Positions 27,301-42,300 of a DNA stretch of 64,000 nucleotides are shown one piece after another. The stretch lies in assembly GCF_001194135.2 (NCBI RefSeq), contig NC_068985.1, positions 93,042,341 through 93,106,340 on the forward strand. Reading direction: 5' to 3'. The notes below the pieces were generated by a model that had not been told where the DNA came from, did no database searches, and saw only the letters and a program-made list of their open reading frames with translations. The position numbers were made by a program, and so were the translations under genes. The first letter of the stretch is position 1. Every line of letters starts with the position of its first letter. Origin of the DNA: Octopus bimaculoides (lineage: Eukaryota).

Positions 27301-28929
27301 TAGAAAGGGGAAACAAGAATGTGCTGCCTCTTGAGGAGGACAAAAATGGTAAAAATATTCAGCAATAAACAAATCAAAAATTTGGAGGTGGAGAAATCAA
27401 TAAAAGGTAGGAGTGGAAAGAGAAAAATTGATATCACCAAGTCTCTGACAATGAGGGTCATCTAATGTTTGGAAATCTTGCTTAAATCTAATGCTATATC
27501 TTATAAAGGAAAGCCAGTTGATGATATAACAAAGAGGCTCCTCTCTAACCTTGTCTATCGATCATGACATTCACAAGAAGATTTCGTCTCAGATATCTAC
27601 CAGTCCCTGAAGTTATTGGATGATGAGGCAATTGGTTGCGGCACAGTGATAACAATCTACACACACACAAGCATGCAATATCAATATATCATGTTTGTAT
27701 GTGTGTACAAAAGAGCATTTGTACACATATGTATGTAACTGTACTTGTATGCATGCATGTATGTATACATGCTCACAAGTACGTGTGTGGAAGTGTGAGT
27801 GAGTATAACTTACATGAATATCGCTTCAATTGATACTTGTCTTTGTTTTGTAGCTGTAAATGTATTAATAATTTCCAATATATAAATATATGGTAAAAAA
27901 ATAAAATCAGATTCCCTATCTCCCTCTGATCAATTTTATTTTACTTTTTTCTTTATTTCTCTTTCAATTTACATTTTATGCACATTTTTAGGTGATATTT
28001 CTTTCTGTTGTTGAGTCTGCTTAAGCGGGCTCCCTATTAATCGTACATTATTATTATTATTTATAACAATTTTATTTTTTAGTAAAGAAGAAAATTGATA
28101 TATTCAATAAATAATTTTAAGATTAAGGTTGGCTCATCAAGGCTTTTTTTTTTCTCTCCTTCAAACCCCACCATTTAAAATTAAGCCATTGTTTTTTTTT
28201 ATTGTAAGTTTGAAAATTGATAACATTTATCTTCGTTTATTATTACATCGTTTATAATTTATAGCAAAACATTAACTTGTTCAACACAGATTGAATAATG
28301 TTGACATGATTTATTTTTCTATCTACATGTCTGGGGAAAAAAGGCACTGAGAGATTAATATGCATTGCTGAAATAGCTGGGAATTCCATAGTGCCTCTTA
28401 AAATGGAGGATTGTATACAATATTTGGCATGGTATTTTTAGAGAAAATTTGTAGAGGTGAAGTAGTGCAGAGGAGGGGGTTGCAAAGGGTGATTGTTGTA
28501 ATTTAGGATATAGTCAAGGCTGACTAGGCTAACCCATGTTCAAATGGATATCTCAAGGATTTCTCTTTTTTTTTTTTTTTTCCAGACTCAGTAGATGAGG
28601 ACCACATTGTACAATGTGTCTTTATTGTAAGGTGGTAGAGTGTAATTCAAGATCATTGTTGAATGAATAGCCTGATGATGAAAGGCATTCCTCTCCTGAC
28701 CATTCCATCCTTAGCATATGAAAGATTACATAATCCAATATGTTCTTCCTCTTGGCTGCTATTTTTAGCAGATTAAATAATCACATAGAGCAGATATTCA
28801 CATTTAAATCTGCCAGAATGGATTCAGAATGAATATGTACATTATTGTATAGATCAGTTTCCAACCTGGGGTCCATGGACCCTTGGTGGTCCACAAAGGT
28901 AATACAGGGCTCTGTGAACTAAATTCAAA

Positions 28930-28977
<48 letters not shown>

Positions 28978-31411
28978 CACACACACACACACACAGACAC
29001 ACAGTTGACCAAAAGTCACCCAACAGTAAATTAAAATTTCGTAAATACTTAGTATTCAATTTTTTTATTCATTTGGAGAAATAGTGTCGCTCAAGAAGGA
29101 TTTCAGTTTGAACAAGTTTCATAATGTTTCATATTTAGATGCTTTTATTAAATTCATTCAGTTTTTAAACATAAATAAATCTTGGGATTAAATGGTTTTG
29201 ATTTACTATCAGGTAACGTTTGGTCATCCCTGTATATAAATATATATAAGGATAAACATATTAAAAGGGGTCCATGGGCGAACTCATTTAAATAAAAGGG
29301 TTGGGAATGACTGTTGGGAACCACTGCTGTAGATTTTCAATGTTGTATGCATTCGAAAGACATCAGCAATTTCTTTGTTGGTTCCTTATAAACATTGAAA
29401 TGGTATTCTTGTTAGATTCATGGATCTGGCGTGAGACACACAGTGAGGATAAAACACTATGGGGTCTCAAAGTGCCTTCACATTATTGTAAACACACATG
29501 GTGTAAAGCAAGAAGGTGTTCTCCAATAATGAAGAGCAACAACGATCAGATTGTCTTATCCCAGTCTGCCAGAAAATATCAAGAATGAATATGTATGTTA
29601 TTGAACTCTGAAATGTTGTTCTTTGAATGCTAAGTATTAGTCAAATTGATCAGTTTTAAATTCAAGCTCTGTCACTTATACCTGTGTTGTTATTTTTATT
29701 TCTTTTTTTTTTTTAGATTTAAACCCACCTGAGGAGCATGATGCAGCACCGCCTCAAGATTCCGATGATATGCCACTCATAATAATTCTTGTTGTTTGCA
29801 TCGTTGGCATCTTCCTTTTAGCACTTAACATTGGTCTCATCATGTTCTTTATCCGCAGGAAAAGGAAACGCCTAGAAAGTAAGTTACTCTTCCTCCCCTT
29901 CCTCCTCTCAATTGCCATTCTGTGACTGTTAGCTTATTTTTCTGGAACAGATGTTAGGTTTCTCATGTTTATAAAATTATGGAATTAGAAGATATGATCT
30001 ATCTAGTTTATTAATGTTTTCTTCACAATAACATACTTCAATTCAATGACAACGAGTGATTCTCACACAGTCATTGGGAATATTTAATGAGGTTGCAAAA
30101 TATCTCTATTTCTCTTTTTTACTTTAGCTGTGAAATTACTATTTCATAATTTATTACCTTTATACTATGCAGTGAAAGTGTTTAAACACAAAGTTGCTGT
30201 CATTTATTCTGTCTTGTTTTCTTCCTTCTGTCTTAAAAATGTTGAACTATGTCAGCTTTTAGACATTTGAATCTAATGTTATCTAATTATTGAATAGTTA
30301 AAATATCTTGCTTTGATTGCTTAGGTAACTTGAAATTTAATCACTGTTTAAACCAAATCATCAATTTTAATTCACTGATTCCTGTTTCTGTCGCTTTGCT
30401 ATTTGTAAAATCTTAAAGTAGATGTTTAGAAAAGACAATTGCAGAAATGACTAAAAGCTCGTTATTTTGGTATAGATTACCAAATGTTGTAAGAATAGTG
30501 ACTGTAATTACTATACTGCGTCAGACCACGTGGTTATGATTTCAAATTTTACTTAAAGCACTATTATGCTCCTGGGTAAAGCACATAATTCTGTTTCAAG
30601 TTTTTGACTGATAAAAGCTTGCATTTCTACTTCACAAATTAAATGGTTAACAGTGGAAATGGCTTCCAGCTATTGAAACAATTACTCCAATTCTGTGCAA
30701 ATACACCAATTAATTTTTAAAAAAGCATCTCTAACTAATGTTAGCATGATAAGAGTAAAGATGAGACAGTCATGAATCAGTTAATCTAAATTACATTTCA
30801 AATAAGATTGTATTCTGAAAATATATTTGTAAAGATTTGTGAATTGATGCATGAAGCAGTGATTGAGAGTGATCAAAGTTGTTAACTAGTTCAAGTATGT
30901 TTAAGAGATATTTAAAGGTTTTTCACTTTAAAGTTTGTCACGGAGAGAGTGGTGGGAGCCAGAATTTGTTTTTTTACCCTGTGACAAACTTCTGCAAAAT
31001 GATTTTATAAGTTCAAATATCTCTCAGACATATTTTAACTGGTACCGAGTTTATGTATAAATGTATTTTGAATATTGGTTTTAAGTGATAATCTTTAAGT
31101 TTTCCATCTACTTGTCTTATTGTATAATTAGGAGTGCCTTAGTTCACGTATTTATGCCGAAGAATTTCAATAAATGCTAAACTCTAGTTGACCACACCGA
31201 AATTTTAATCTTTGTTTAAAAGCTGTCTTACTAAATCTAAGCCAAAGCAAACAAATTATTTCTCTCTGTCCTCCCATAGCTTTCCACTCTCTGCTTTCAA
31301 ACCTGCATTACTATGCAAATCACCTGAACTCTCTTGGCTATTAACTGATATTTTACAAACTTAACACAATTGTAGTTTATCTTGTTCTCTCTTAGTATTC
31401 ATGTGATCAAT

Positions 31412-31454
<43 letters not shown>

Positions 31455-32391
31455 TCTTTCATTGTTATTCCCTTGAATATTTTCTTACTTAACTGTCATC
31501 TCTTAATATCTTAAATATAGAATAAATCAAGCAACAATGAATTCTCCTTGGATATTTACAATATAGGCTATTCCCGTTTTGTCCTTTATAATATTGGAAA
31601 GTGCGCACATATACTCACATCCACACGAATTAAAATAATTGTTTATATTGTGAGAAATAAAGCTTTATGACTATTAAAATAAAGGTTAATATTGGACAAT
31701 GTTAGAGTTTATTGAAAATTAAATCTTTTGATTTTTCACAAAGATCTTTTACATTTTTAGATCTATCACTCTTTGCCTATCGGTACCGAAGCAATAAGCT
31801 AACTCCCCAATGAGCAGTTAGTTTAATCTTTCACTATAAAATCATAATAGTTTAGTCAGGAAAAATAACAATCAGCAAAATGCCATAAAATGTTTAAAAT
31901 CTATATAAATCTGATTTTCTGATTGAAACAACAAGCCCATGCTCATTTAGATACATAGCTAGGTAGCATGGCAAATAACACATGAGAATTAGCTTGGAAA
32001 ATTACCATTTTGGAATATTTAATTTTTATTATTTATTCTTTATCATATTGTATTGAAACCGTTAACACCAAATTGGCTTAATATTACCTAAAATTCTTTT
32101 TACTGCATAAATTGATAATTTAAATTTTTGAATGAAGATATATAAAACATTTTTTTTTTTTTGGTATTTGTTTCTGAGTCTTTCTTATGTGTGAGATTTC
32201 TTTTTTCTTTCTTCCTTTTTTTTTGTTGCTTTTTTTCTGATTTTATTTCTTATAAACAGTAAAATAAAATGAGCATCAAATGTTATTTTCAGTTGCAGAT
32301 CAGTGGTTCTTATACATTATATTCTTCTTAGTTTATTTTTTCCTGTTTTCTTGTACTCTCATATGTATTACATATATAACAAAGCACAAGT

Positions 32392-32431
<40 letters not shown>

Positions 32432-35400
32432 TTACATATCATCATTGTTTCATGTTAGCTTTCCATGCTGGCATGGGTGAAAGGACCACTTATCATTTAT
32501 ACATTTCACTTTTAAATTCTGTTTCTATGGCTGAATGTCCTTCCTCACAGCTGCCATTTTACAGAATGTTCTAGATACGTCCTCGACCACTCTAAAAGGC
32601 TGAAGCCTTCACACTTCAAAGAGTGCAGTGGATGCAGATTTTCCTGGCATCAACATGAGAGAGGTAACCTTTCACCCCTGCAAGACTAAAGGTTCCTCTC
32701 AGCCCTGTGTTTCTGTTTGCTTATCAACACCTTTACAGAATATTCTGGGTGAATTTAGTGTCACAAACAGTAGTGGATTTGTCCCATACTCCAAAGGTTG
32801 AAGGGTCTTGCCTCTATCCTAATGTGTTTGTTTATTGAGTGTAACCTGGCTGATGAGGGAACAAAAGATTGCAAGGTGAAACAGAGTGAAAGGGTCAAGA
32901 AAGTTGTAAAAGGGGTTGAAGTGATATCAAATAATGTAAGTGGACAAGTTGTAGTAGTGAATGATGGGATACTATATATCAGCTTGTCTGAGAAAGGGAG
33001 AGGATATAGAAGAGGTAAGTGTTAAAATGCTTCAGGATGGGTGAGTGAGTTAGGATGATTAGAATAAGAAGGGGATGTAGTATTGGAGTGATGAGAGGTC
33101 CAGGTAGATCCAAAGGTCTCCATAGTTAGATGAGAGGAACATGCTACGATGTGGAGGAGAGACTCACTGCTTTCTTTAGACAGCCAAGTTCTGTGAGAAT
33201 GGTAAAGAGAGGCGTGGCAGAGACAGGAGCAATATGGGAGTGAATGGAAGATGAGTCGACACTAAATGATGCAGAAGATATTGTAGAAGGTTGAGCGATA
33301 GATGAGTACTCAGTATTCTGAGATGTATACATTGAAGGCAACTTGACCAATAGGACAGAAGGAAGAGCAATGATGTGGAATGGTTGAGGTGTATGGTAGC
33401 AGACAGTGGACAGGTGGATGTCTGACAGTACAGGAAGTGTGGATGAAGGTGAATATACTGGGAATAGTCTTATAGAGACTATACTTCTCTTAAGAGAACC
33501 TGGAAAGAAAGTGGGTGGATCTTATGTCAACAAATGGTACAATGGCGGAGAGATGAATGATAAAGATAAGGGTGGAGGGAAAGTAAGTGGGTGTCAATGT
33601 GCAGGGGAGACAGCTATAGTAGATATTACAGCGTGTATGCACGCATGCAATCTATATGACTTCCACCATTTTGTGACTTTAGATTTACCATGCCTGTACA
33701 GTTGGTGGGGTTATTTTTTCTGTGATCTGGTATTTGCCAACCTTACAAATTACCAATCAACACACCATCATCTCCTGCATGGGGTGCAGCATCTTGAGAT
33801 CAGTTTTGACCACTTTTTTTCTACGTCTTTCTTGGTCTCCTTTTTCTACTGGTTCCATTCACTTTTAGTGTGCAGCATGTCTTTATACAGCCATCATCTC
33901 CCATACATATCACACACCTATATCAATACAGTCTTCTCTCTTAGCACACTAATTTGATTCCACTTACGTTCAGTTTTTCTATCAACTCATTAATCCTCTG
34001 TCATTCATGCATGCTAACATTACACATCCATCAAAACATGTTTGCTTCATTTCTTTCTAGTCTCAGTAAATCCTCTGTATTCAAGACTCATGTCTCACTC
34101 CCATGCGGCATTGCTCTTTGTACACATCATACAATTCACTCTTCACCCTAAAGAAAAATAATCTTTTTGTTCCCAGCTCTGGCCACCATGCTCTCACAAT
34201 ACTCACTCCCAATGCTAATTAGTTCACCTTGGTGACAGATGCTATAAACAACTACCTAGAGACCTTTCAATATTATCTATTTTGCATTTGCTCTTAGTGT
34301 ATACTGTCATTGTACATCTCTCACATGCAGTCTACCTTCTCTGTCAGCCTCACTCTGATCCCTGTGCGCCTCTTGTATGTCCATAGTTTGTCAGATAGAA
34401 TTCTCATTTACTTTGTTTGAACACAATGATCATGGCCATTTCCCTGGTGTCAGCAGAGCTCAATCTTCTCTCATGCTTGTTAAGTTAACTATAAGATCTG
34501 TCCTACGTTTTGCTTCTGTATCTAGAATTTCTTTTCTACATCCTCTGCTGATTCCATTATAAGAACTCGGTCATCAGCATAAAGGAGCTGCCATAGAGAG
34601 CTATTCTCAAAATCTCCAAAGACTCTATGATTTATTTATTTATCTGTGTACACTGCATCTTCATCACTATTATAACATCTACTTTCCTATGGTTGCTTGG
34701 GTTGGACGAAATTTGTTGGGGCAAATTTTCAACAGCTGGATGCTCTTTCTGTAGCCAACCCTCACCTGTTTCCAAGCCAGGTAATATCTCTGTGTGGCCA
34801 GACAAGTACTCATTCAAGATTGGCAACAAAGGACACCACCTGCATGTCAGTAACATTCATTTACAACCGTCATATTGTGTCGAGACAAGGAGACAGTAAC
34901 ACGCTTAGTCTGCAACTGATCTGAGGTTTCTGAGAAGAGCATGATGTCTACTGTGATTCCGAGGCTTATTAGCAACTCACCATTAACGTTGATGCTACCT
35001 TTTCAATCAGTGTCTCTGGTGATCGGTTTGAGACATGCAGTGAAGAGCTTTGAAGAGAATCCTTCCTGACTCTTACAATAGAGCTTATCATATGCAAACA
35101 AAATACATGGAGAGTCTGAAAGAGTAGCACAAGGCCACAAAGTAGTAGGAAGTGATGAAATTGAAGTGAAAGAATACATCTTCTTGAAACAGTTAGTGTA
35201 TGTTGAGTCATGAATGCTGAAATCTCTCACAGAGTAAGAGGCAGGTGGAAGGTATTTGCTTCAATAAAAGATGTGCTCAAAGCACAGCTAAACAAGATAC
35301 TGCTTGCCAATCTCTTTAATAGCAATGTCCTGCCTGCTCTCCTATATGTAAGTGAAACATGCACTTAAAGATAGAAGAACAATGATGAGTTCTGATACAG

Positions 35401-38400
35401 AGGGTCATGGAAATATTCATAGTAGAACTATTCTCCAGCTGTAGAAACTCTGCCAAATCAGATTGGAGCCTGGTGTAGCCATCTGGTTCACCAGTCCTCA
35501 GTCAAATCGTCCAACCCATTGGACTAGGTAGTGCTCGTGACTCTTTATAAGGCCTCCATGACAGGTAAGAGAGAGGGGGGAGGGTATTCTCAAACCAGAA
35601 ACTTGTTTTGAATGCATCCAAATAGACACCACTAAAGGTACTTGAGATACTAAAGGGTCGTGTTAAAACGGGGTAATGGGTTAAGCCTAGTGTCCAAGTA
35701 GGTCCTGGCAACATTGGAGCTTAGAATGTGAACAGTTGGAACAGGTACTGCAAAACAACTGGTCCAGTATTCTCTCAATTTTACCAATCCATCATCTTAG
35801 ATTGCTACTTTTTATTGACTCTGCAAAGATGAAATCAGTGGGATTTGAGCCTCAGAAGAGATGGAATGAAATACCATGAAGCATTGTGTCTGATGTTCTA
35901 ACAACTCTGCCAATATTTCTCTGTGTGTTTCTGTCTCTAAATATGTATTCCCAACCTATTCCCTCTATCATAAGAGGAGTATCTTGCGGTGTGCTTGTTC
36001 CCTAGGGAATGCATTTAAAAAAGTAAATTTCTGAAAATTTTACCTGTATTTTAATATTTATATTTTTTCCGCTTCTTGGTGCAAGCAGTTGTGGTAATGG
36101 TGGTTGTAATAGTAGTAGTAGTAGAAAAAGAGGAAATTTTGAGCAAAATGTTTAGCATCTCATGTTCCTGAAATAGAAACCTATTGTCAGTTCTCTTGTT
36201 GTTTCATCTTTGTGAGGACTGATAAAATAATTTGCTATTATAACCGACTAAGTTTGGTCAATTATGCAAGAGAGGTGAGAAAAAAATAGTGAGATGTTGA
36301 TAACTTCAAGTCATATTAACATTTTTTCTTTCGAATAGCAGCCTTCTGGAATCTGTTTTGATGTATCTCTATGATGGGTTGATCAAAGACTAGGAAAAAA
36401 AAACCTCATGGAACTAAAGCCTTATGCATTTCCACACACACAAACACATGCAGTTAATAACAGTCTTCTGAATACCTTATTGATCATTTCAGCAGTATAA
36501 TTAAGGTTGACCATTCAGTCTAGTTTCTCTTTCATTTCTTTGGTGAATGAAAAATTAATATTTAGTACATTTACTCAAACGCTCAGAGACAGGGAAAATG
36601 TAATGTGTGTACGTGTGTCATTTTTATATGACATGTAAATCACCTTTTCTCTGTGTAATCCTCTACAGTCGGAAAACAAACAATTTAGTTAAACATTTGA
36701 TGCAGTGTATGTGTTGATGAATGTTCATTTCATTTAGATTGCAATCTTAATCAACTGACAGCCTAAGGCTCTGGTTTTACATTACTACATTCAAGTATGT
36801 TTACTGAATTAAAATCCTCTGTGCATAGATCTCATCAAGATCAAAACTCTCAGAGCTGCCTGCGAAATTGAACCTTTTGTCAGATATAAGCTCATTATAC
36901 AAGATAGAAGTTACAAATTGAAAAAAAAAAAAAAACATTGGTTCTTTAAGAAAAAAAGGAAATAAATTCATTCTAAAGGAAATTGAAATAAGATTTAACT
37001 AAGATAAATGGTCCCTATATTGTGAGAAGCTTACTTCCCAACTGTGTGGTTCTAGGTTCAGTCCCACTGCATGGCTTTTTGGGTAAGTGTCTCTACTATA
37101 AACTCAGGGCAACCAAAGTCTTGGGAGTGGATTTGGTAGACAGAAACTGAAAGAAGCTAATCATGTGTGCGTGTGTCTGCTTGCCCTCCACCACTGTTTG
37201 ACAACCACTGTTGGTACATTTATGTCCCCACTTAACAGTTCAGTAAAAGACACTGATAGAATAAGTACCAGTCATAAAAAGGGGAAAAATTCCTGGGTCT
37301 ATTCATTTGAGTAAAATTCTTCAAAGTAGTGTTCCAGTGTGGTGACAGTCGAATGAGAGAACCCAATAAAAGCTAAAAGTATATACATCATTTTCATCAT
37401 TAAATGCAGCTGTTGTTGCCCAACATCTCAAGTCAGCCCTGACTAAACAGACCTATGGTCAAAGGCAATTCAGCTGTGACCATTCTGTCCTTTTGTACGA
37501 TTAGAACCACAGTGACCAGTGTATCCTTGTTTATTTAAGGCAGTAGAGTGTAATTTAAAGAACATTCAACTGCTATTTCTTTTAAGTCAATCGACCATGT
37601 AGAGGCTTCCTCAATTACTGCTAAAAGCAGTTTTATATTCTGCTATTCTTTCTATTGCTTCTAGAGTTAGTTCAAGTAAAGCAGTATTCAAATTAGACAC
37701 AAGGTTTGAAACCTGATACTCTTTCGCTAAACAACAGTCTTTGTTCAGCTTCAGTAACATGCATGTCTGATCAAGTCTCTTTGATTAGAAGGAATCCTTT
37801 TATTTGTAATACTTTATTTATTCTAGAAAGGCCTAGCAATGTATTTGCTCTGCACATTGTCCTATATTCTGAAAAGTAAGCAGCTTAGCCAAGCAGTATA
37901 ATGTATTTTTCTCAAAGATACATTATTTCAGTTGTAATTCTGTTGACATTATTTTATTATTATTATTATTATTTAAAAAGAGAAGGAGGCTGGCTCAATC
38001 AGTGGTGCTTTGTCTCCTTTGAACTCTGCCATGGTCACTTTTGCTTTTCGGTTAGTTGTTTATCCCAAGGTGAGTCCTTGTCAAGCAGATTTAAGATCAG
38101 AGGTGTCTCTTTGTACACCTTTAAATGCATAGTCCTTCCTTTGACTTGAAGATTTGGTTACTATTTCTAGCAGGCTGAGTGACCATATTGAGACTCCCTC
38201 CCTGCTGAGAAGGAGCCTTCTTTGTTAAATTCTGTATCTGCTCTAATCAATAATCTTTTTCACCAAAAGTGTTGTCCTTATTCTAATTTAGAAATTAGGT
38301 AACAGATGCAATAACTAAGATAACACCACGAGCAATAAATCCTTGTTCTAGTTAAAATCACCAGCTAGTACTGATAATCGTTCACTAATAATCAAGCACC

Positions 38401-39315
38401 AATAATTCAAAAATACCTATAAAATTTTAAAAATTATTCTTGTTGCTATTTGCGTTTTAAAACAATTTGAATGAATTGCTATCAACAGATTCATATTCTG
38501 TTCAGAAATAGTTTGCTTGAATGCCATACCCATGAACTAAGGGCTATCTGTTGATTCTACGATGTATGTTAACATCATTAACCTATTCCAGTGTTCCAGA
38601 CACAGTGAATACAGATGTGAAAATCTTAACTTAGTTCTTTGGATAATGATCTTATTAAAGAAGCCGTATTTTTTAGCCATAATTCAGCTAGTTCTGCTTG
38701 TAGAGTATACCTCAGCAGCCTTCACTTAATATAATTATTATCCAATTTACCTATGGTTTACAAATCTCTTAGTCTGTTTTTCTCTATTACACTCTATTCA
38801 CTGCTCTCTATACCCAGTCAGAGCAATAATCTCATCAGTTGTAAACAATCTGCCTCTTTGTGCTGTAAACAAACTATGATGAAAGTGTTTGGCTGTAGTA
38901 AGCTTCATGGTTGGAAAACTGGAGAGAAAAAAATCCTCGCAATGATGTTGTCTGTAAGCAGACATTTGTAAACAGCCTAATTCTCCACTGACAACTTATC
39001 TTCATTTAGATTAACTGATCTAGTTTTAGTTTCATCTGATTTTAACCCAGGGATTTTGTTATACAGTGTGAGTGGATTAAACACTGATGGTTAGAATAGA
39101 TAATATAATCCTTGACAATTAACCTGGAAAAAAGAAAAATTGGATCTCCGACGTTGGAGTGGCTGTGTGGTAAGTAGCTTGCTTAGCAACCACATGGTCT
39201 CGGGTTCAGTCCCACTGCGTGGCACCTTGGGCAAGTGTCTTCTACTATACCCTCGGGCCGATCAATGCCTTGTGAGTGGATTTGGTAGATGGAAACTGAA
39301 AGAAGCCCGTTGTAT

Positions 39316-39352
<37 letters not shown>

Positions 39353-42300
39353 NNNNNNNNNNNNNNNNNNNNNNNNNNNNNNNNNNNNNNNNNNNNNNNN
39401 NNNNNNNNNNNNNNNNNNNNNNNNNNNNNNNNNNNNNNNNNNNNNNNNNNNNNNNNNNNNNNNNNNNNNNNNNNNNNNNNNNNNNNNNNNNNNNNNNNNN
39501 NNNNNNNNNNNNNNNNNNNNNNNNNNNNNNNNNNNNNNNNNNNNNNNNNNNNNNNNNNNNNNNNNNNNNNNNNNNNNNNNNNNNNNNNNNNNNNNNNNNN
39601 NNNNNNNNNNNNNNNNNNNNNNNNNNNNNNNNNNNNNNNNNNNNNNNNNNNNNNNNNNNNNNNNNNNNNNNNNNNNNNNNNNNNNNNNNNNNNNNNNNNN
39701 NNNNNNNNNNNNNNNNNNNNNNNNNNNNNNNNNNNNNNNNNNNNNNNNNNNNNNNNNTACTCTAACAAAATCTACTACTCTTGGCTCACCATTTTTATAT
39801 TTTCCCTTAATTTTATACCCATCTTGTCTCATTTCCTTCCATTGTATCAAACCCTACCCAAAACTCTATGATTAATACTTTTCTCAATCTATTTTTTATT
39901 TTCTCGGAAGTGTTCTGATATTTCCTTTAAGTAGAATGCATTCACCATTAGAATGAGCTAAAACAGCCTTGAATTTCTTATTTCTTTATTGCCCACAAGG
40001 GGCTAAACATAGAGTGGACAAACAAAGACAGATAAAGGGATTAAGTCGATTATATTGACCCCAGTATGTAACTGGTACTTAATTTATCGACCCCGAAAGG
40101 ATGAAAGCAAAGTTGACCTCGGTGGAATTTGAAAACAGGACGTAACGGCAGACAAAATACCGCTAAGCATTTCGCCTGGCGTGCTAACGTTTCTGCCAGC
40201 TCACCACCTTGAGTTTCTTTCTCTCTTCGAGATAGACTTGGAATTTTACTCTATCATGAGCCCTAGGACTTATGGCTGGAACTTAACTTTGTTTCCATGG
40301 TGTAAAAGTGACTCAGGTTATATCCACCTAGCCCCTGAATCAAACGCTGTTTATCACACAGTTAACCACTCAGCTATTGCTGCCACTCCTTTACCAGTGG
40401 CTGGAATGGAGCAATGTGAGATGAAGTGTTTTTTGGCACAAGACCACAATAAACTGTCTGGTCTGGGAATTGAAACCAAGATCTTTATGATTGTGAATTC
40501 AGCAGCCTAACCACTAAGCCACATGCTCTTACTTTCAAGATAAAAACTAAAAGAAAACAAAACAATTAACAAATTTACTGATAGCCTTAAGAATCTGTTT
40601 ATAAATAAAGAAAATGATGGGTTAACATTTATGTCACAGTTGTAACTCGGTCATCAAATTGAAAGATGGTGTTATTTATCAATTGTGTCACTTGCATGGT
40701 TTTCGGTTCAGAATATATATTATATTCTGATTCAATGAAGTAAGAATATCATTGACATCCAAACTAGCCATTGTTTCTGAAAATATCAAATTATATTTCC
40801 TTTTGTCATTTCTTTAAAAGCCTTTGATTTTGAGTTTTGTTTTTTGTTTGTTGTTCGTTTTATTTTGTTTTGCTTATTTGTATGACAGTAAAGTACTGGT
40901 GTTGAATAGCCAAAACTGAGAAACACAAGAATTCACCTCTGTCCATGGTACACAAACCTAATCAATTTTACATCAACTGATATTTGCTCGTGCAGACCAC
41001 TCAGACTTTGGACTTAGCTTATTCCTTTCTTTGCAAAGAACAGAGTTGTTTCTGTCTTATTTCACAGTTCTTTCTTTGCTCTTTCTTTAGTTTTATCATA
41101 TTAGATATAGAAATCAAGTATATATATGTACAGAATGACAGATGCAAAGAATTCTTTCTTAATTGAAATTTTCCTCTTAGTTGGAGAAAGAAAATGTAAC
41201 CCCTGTGCCATTCACGAGTGAATGGCAAAAAAAAAAAAAGGTTAGTTTCAATAGATTAAGAATTAATTTTAAAAACTTAAGAAAATATCTAAATCTTCTA
41301 AGTGGAGATGGTGACAGCAGCAGACATGTTCCAGCTTATTGAAGCTCACCAGTGTAGGTTAGATAACAATTCAGTTGATAAATAAACATAGGTTTTTATA
41401 CTTTTAGAAAAAAGCGCTACAAATAATTTTTGCCTGCAGTAATTTGCAGGAGCGAATAAACAAAATTTAGGTAATGAAAATAACTTAAATAAACCAGAAG
41501 TAGGGAGTGAATTGAATCAAATATGTATGGATCTACTCTGATAGTTCTTAATGAATTGAAATTTCTTTCATAGCTGGAGAAAGGAAATGGAACCTTGTGG
41601 CAATAATTAGTGATTTGCAAAGAAAACTTTGAGGAAATTTCAATAAATTAAGAAAAAAGTTGATTTCTCATCTATGCTTCCCTAAAAAGGTCCAATAAGA
41701 CCAAAATATGCCCAGTGTTGACACCATCTTTACTAACAAGGGCATGATTTTTCCTTAACCCCTTTGGCATTTAATCCAGCCATATCCATCCCAAATATTC
41801 TACCTGTTTTATGCTCAAACTGACAAGATCCAATACCCCACAATGTCATTCTAAAAATATACAAACACACCATTAAAGTTTTGAAGCTACAAGATAATGT
41901 GTAATTAATTCAAAATATTGTGGATAAATAAGCAATACATTTGACAAAGAAACCTGAATGCTACAGGTTACAAGAACTCGAGTTTTTCAATTGCTTTTTA
42001 ATTTATTAAAATAATGTTCTTATTTCTTTTTGTGCCACTAGCAAATGAATCCCATGTGTTTTTCGTTCTCTAACTAAAAGGAAAATTTTCAGTACATTTA
42101 GACATCATTAATTTACCTCAGTCTTGTACCATTGGCTCAAACCAGTAATTTCCATTATGTTAATTGTATACTTTGTTATGCTAATTGCTACCATGAAAAT
42201 TTATTCATAACCATTTCTCTATATGAGGTGTTTAATAACAGAGTTGTAATGCCACTCTGGCCATTTTTGAGGTTAGTATATCATTTTCTTGGTTTCAACG

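Noticed and set aside
28666-28700. Other CTGATGA heptamers (also about 32850 and 45707)
   Set aside because: No stem II followed by GAAA in register, so not hammerheads.
33406-33957. 183-aa + strand ORF
   Set aside because: No recognisable domain or splice context; its 3' half is antisense to the decayed RTE.
36830-36970. Open phase-1 frame after TGCATAG (LIKIKTLRAACEIEPFVRY...)
   Set aside because: No convincing donor or acceptor tract; runs into poly(A); expected by chance.
39140-39871. The longest ORFs in the supplied track (243, 201, 168, 158 aa)
   Set aside because: They only read through the 405-N gap and a (TA)n tract.
41303-41353. Possible phase-1 exon MEMVTAADMFQLIEAHQ
   Set aside because: No polypyrimidine tract and a weak donor (GTAGGT); no homology support.
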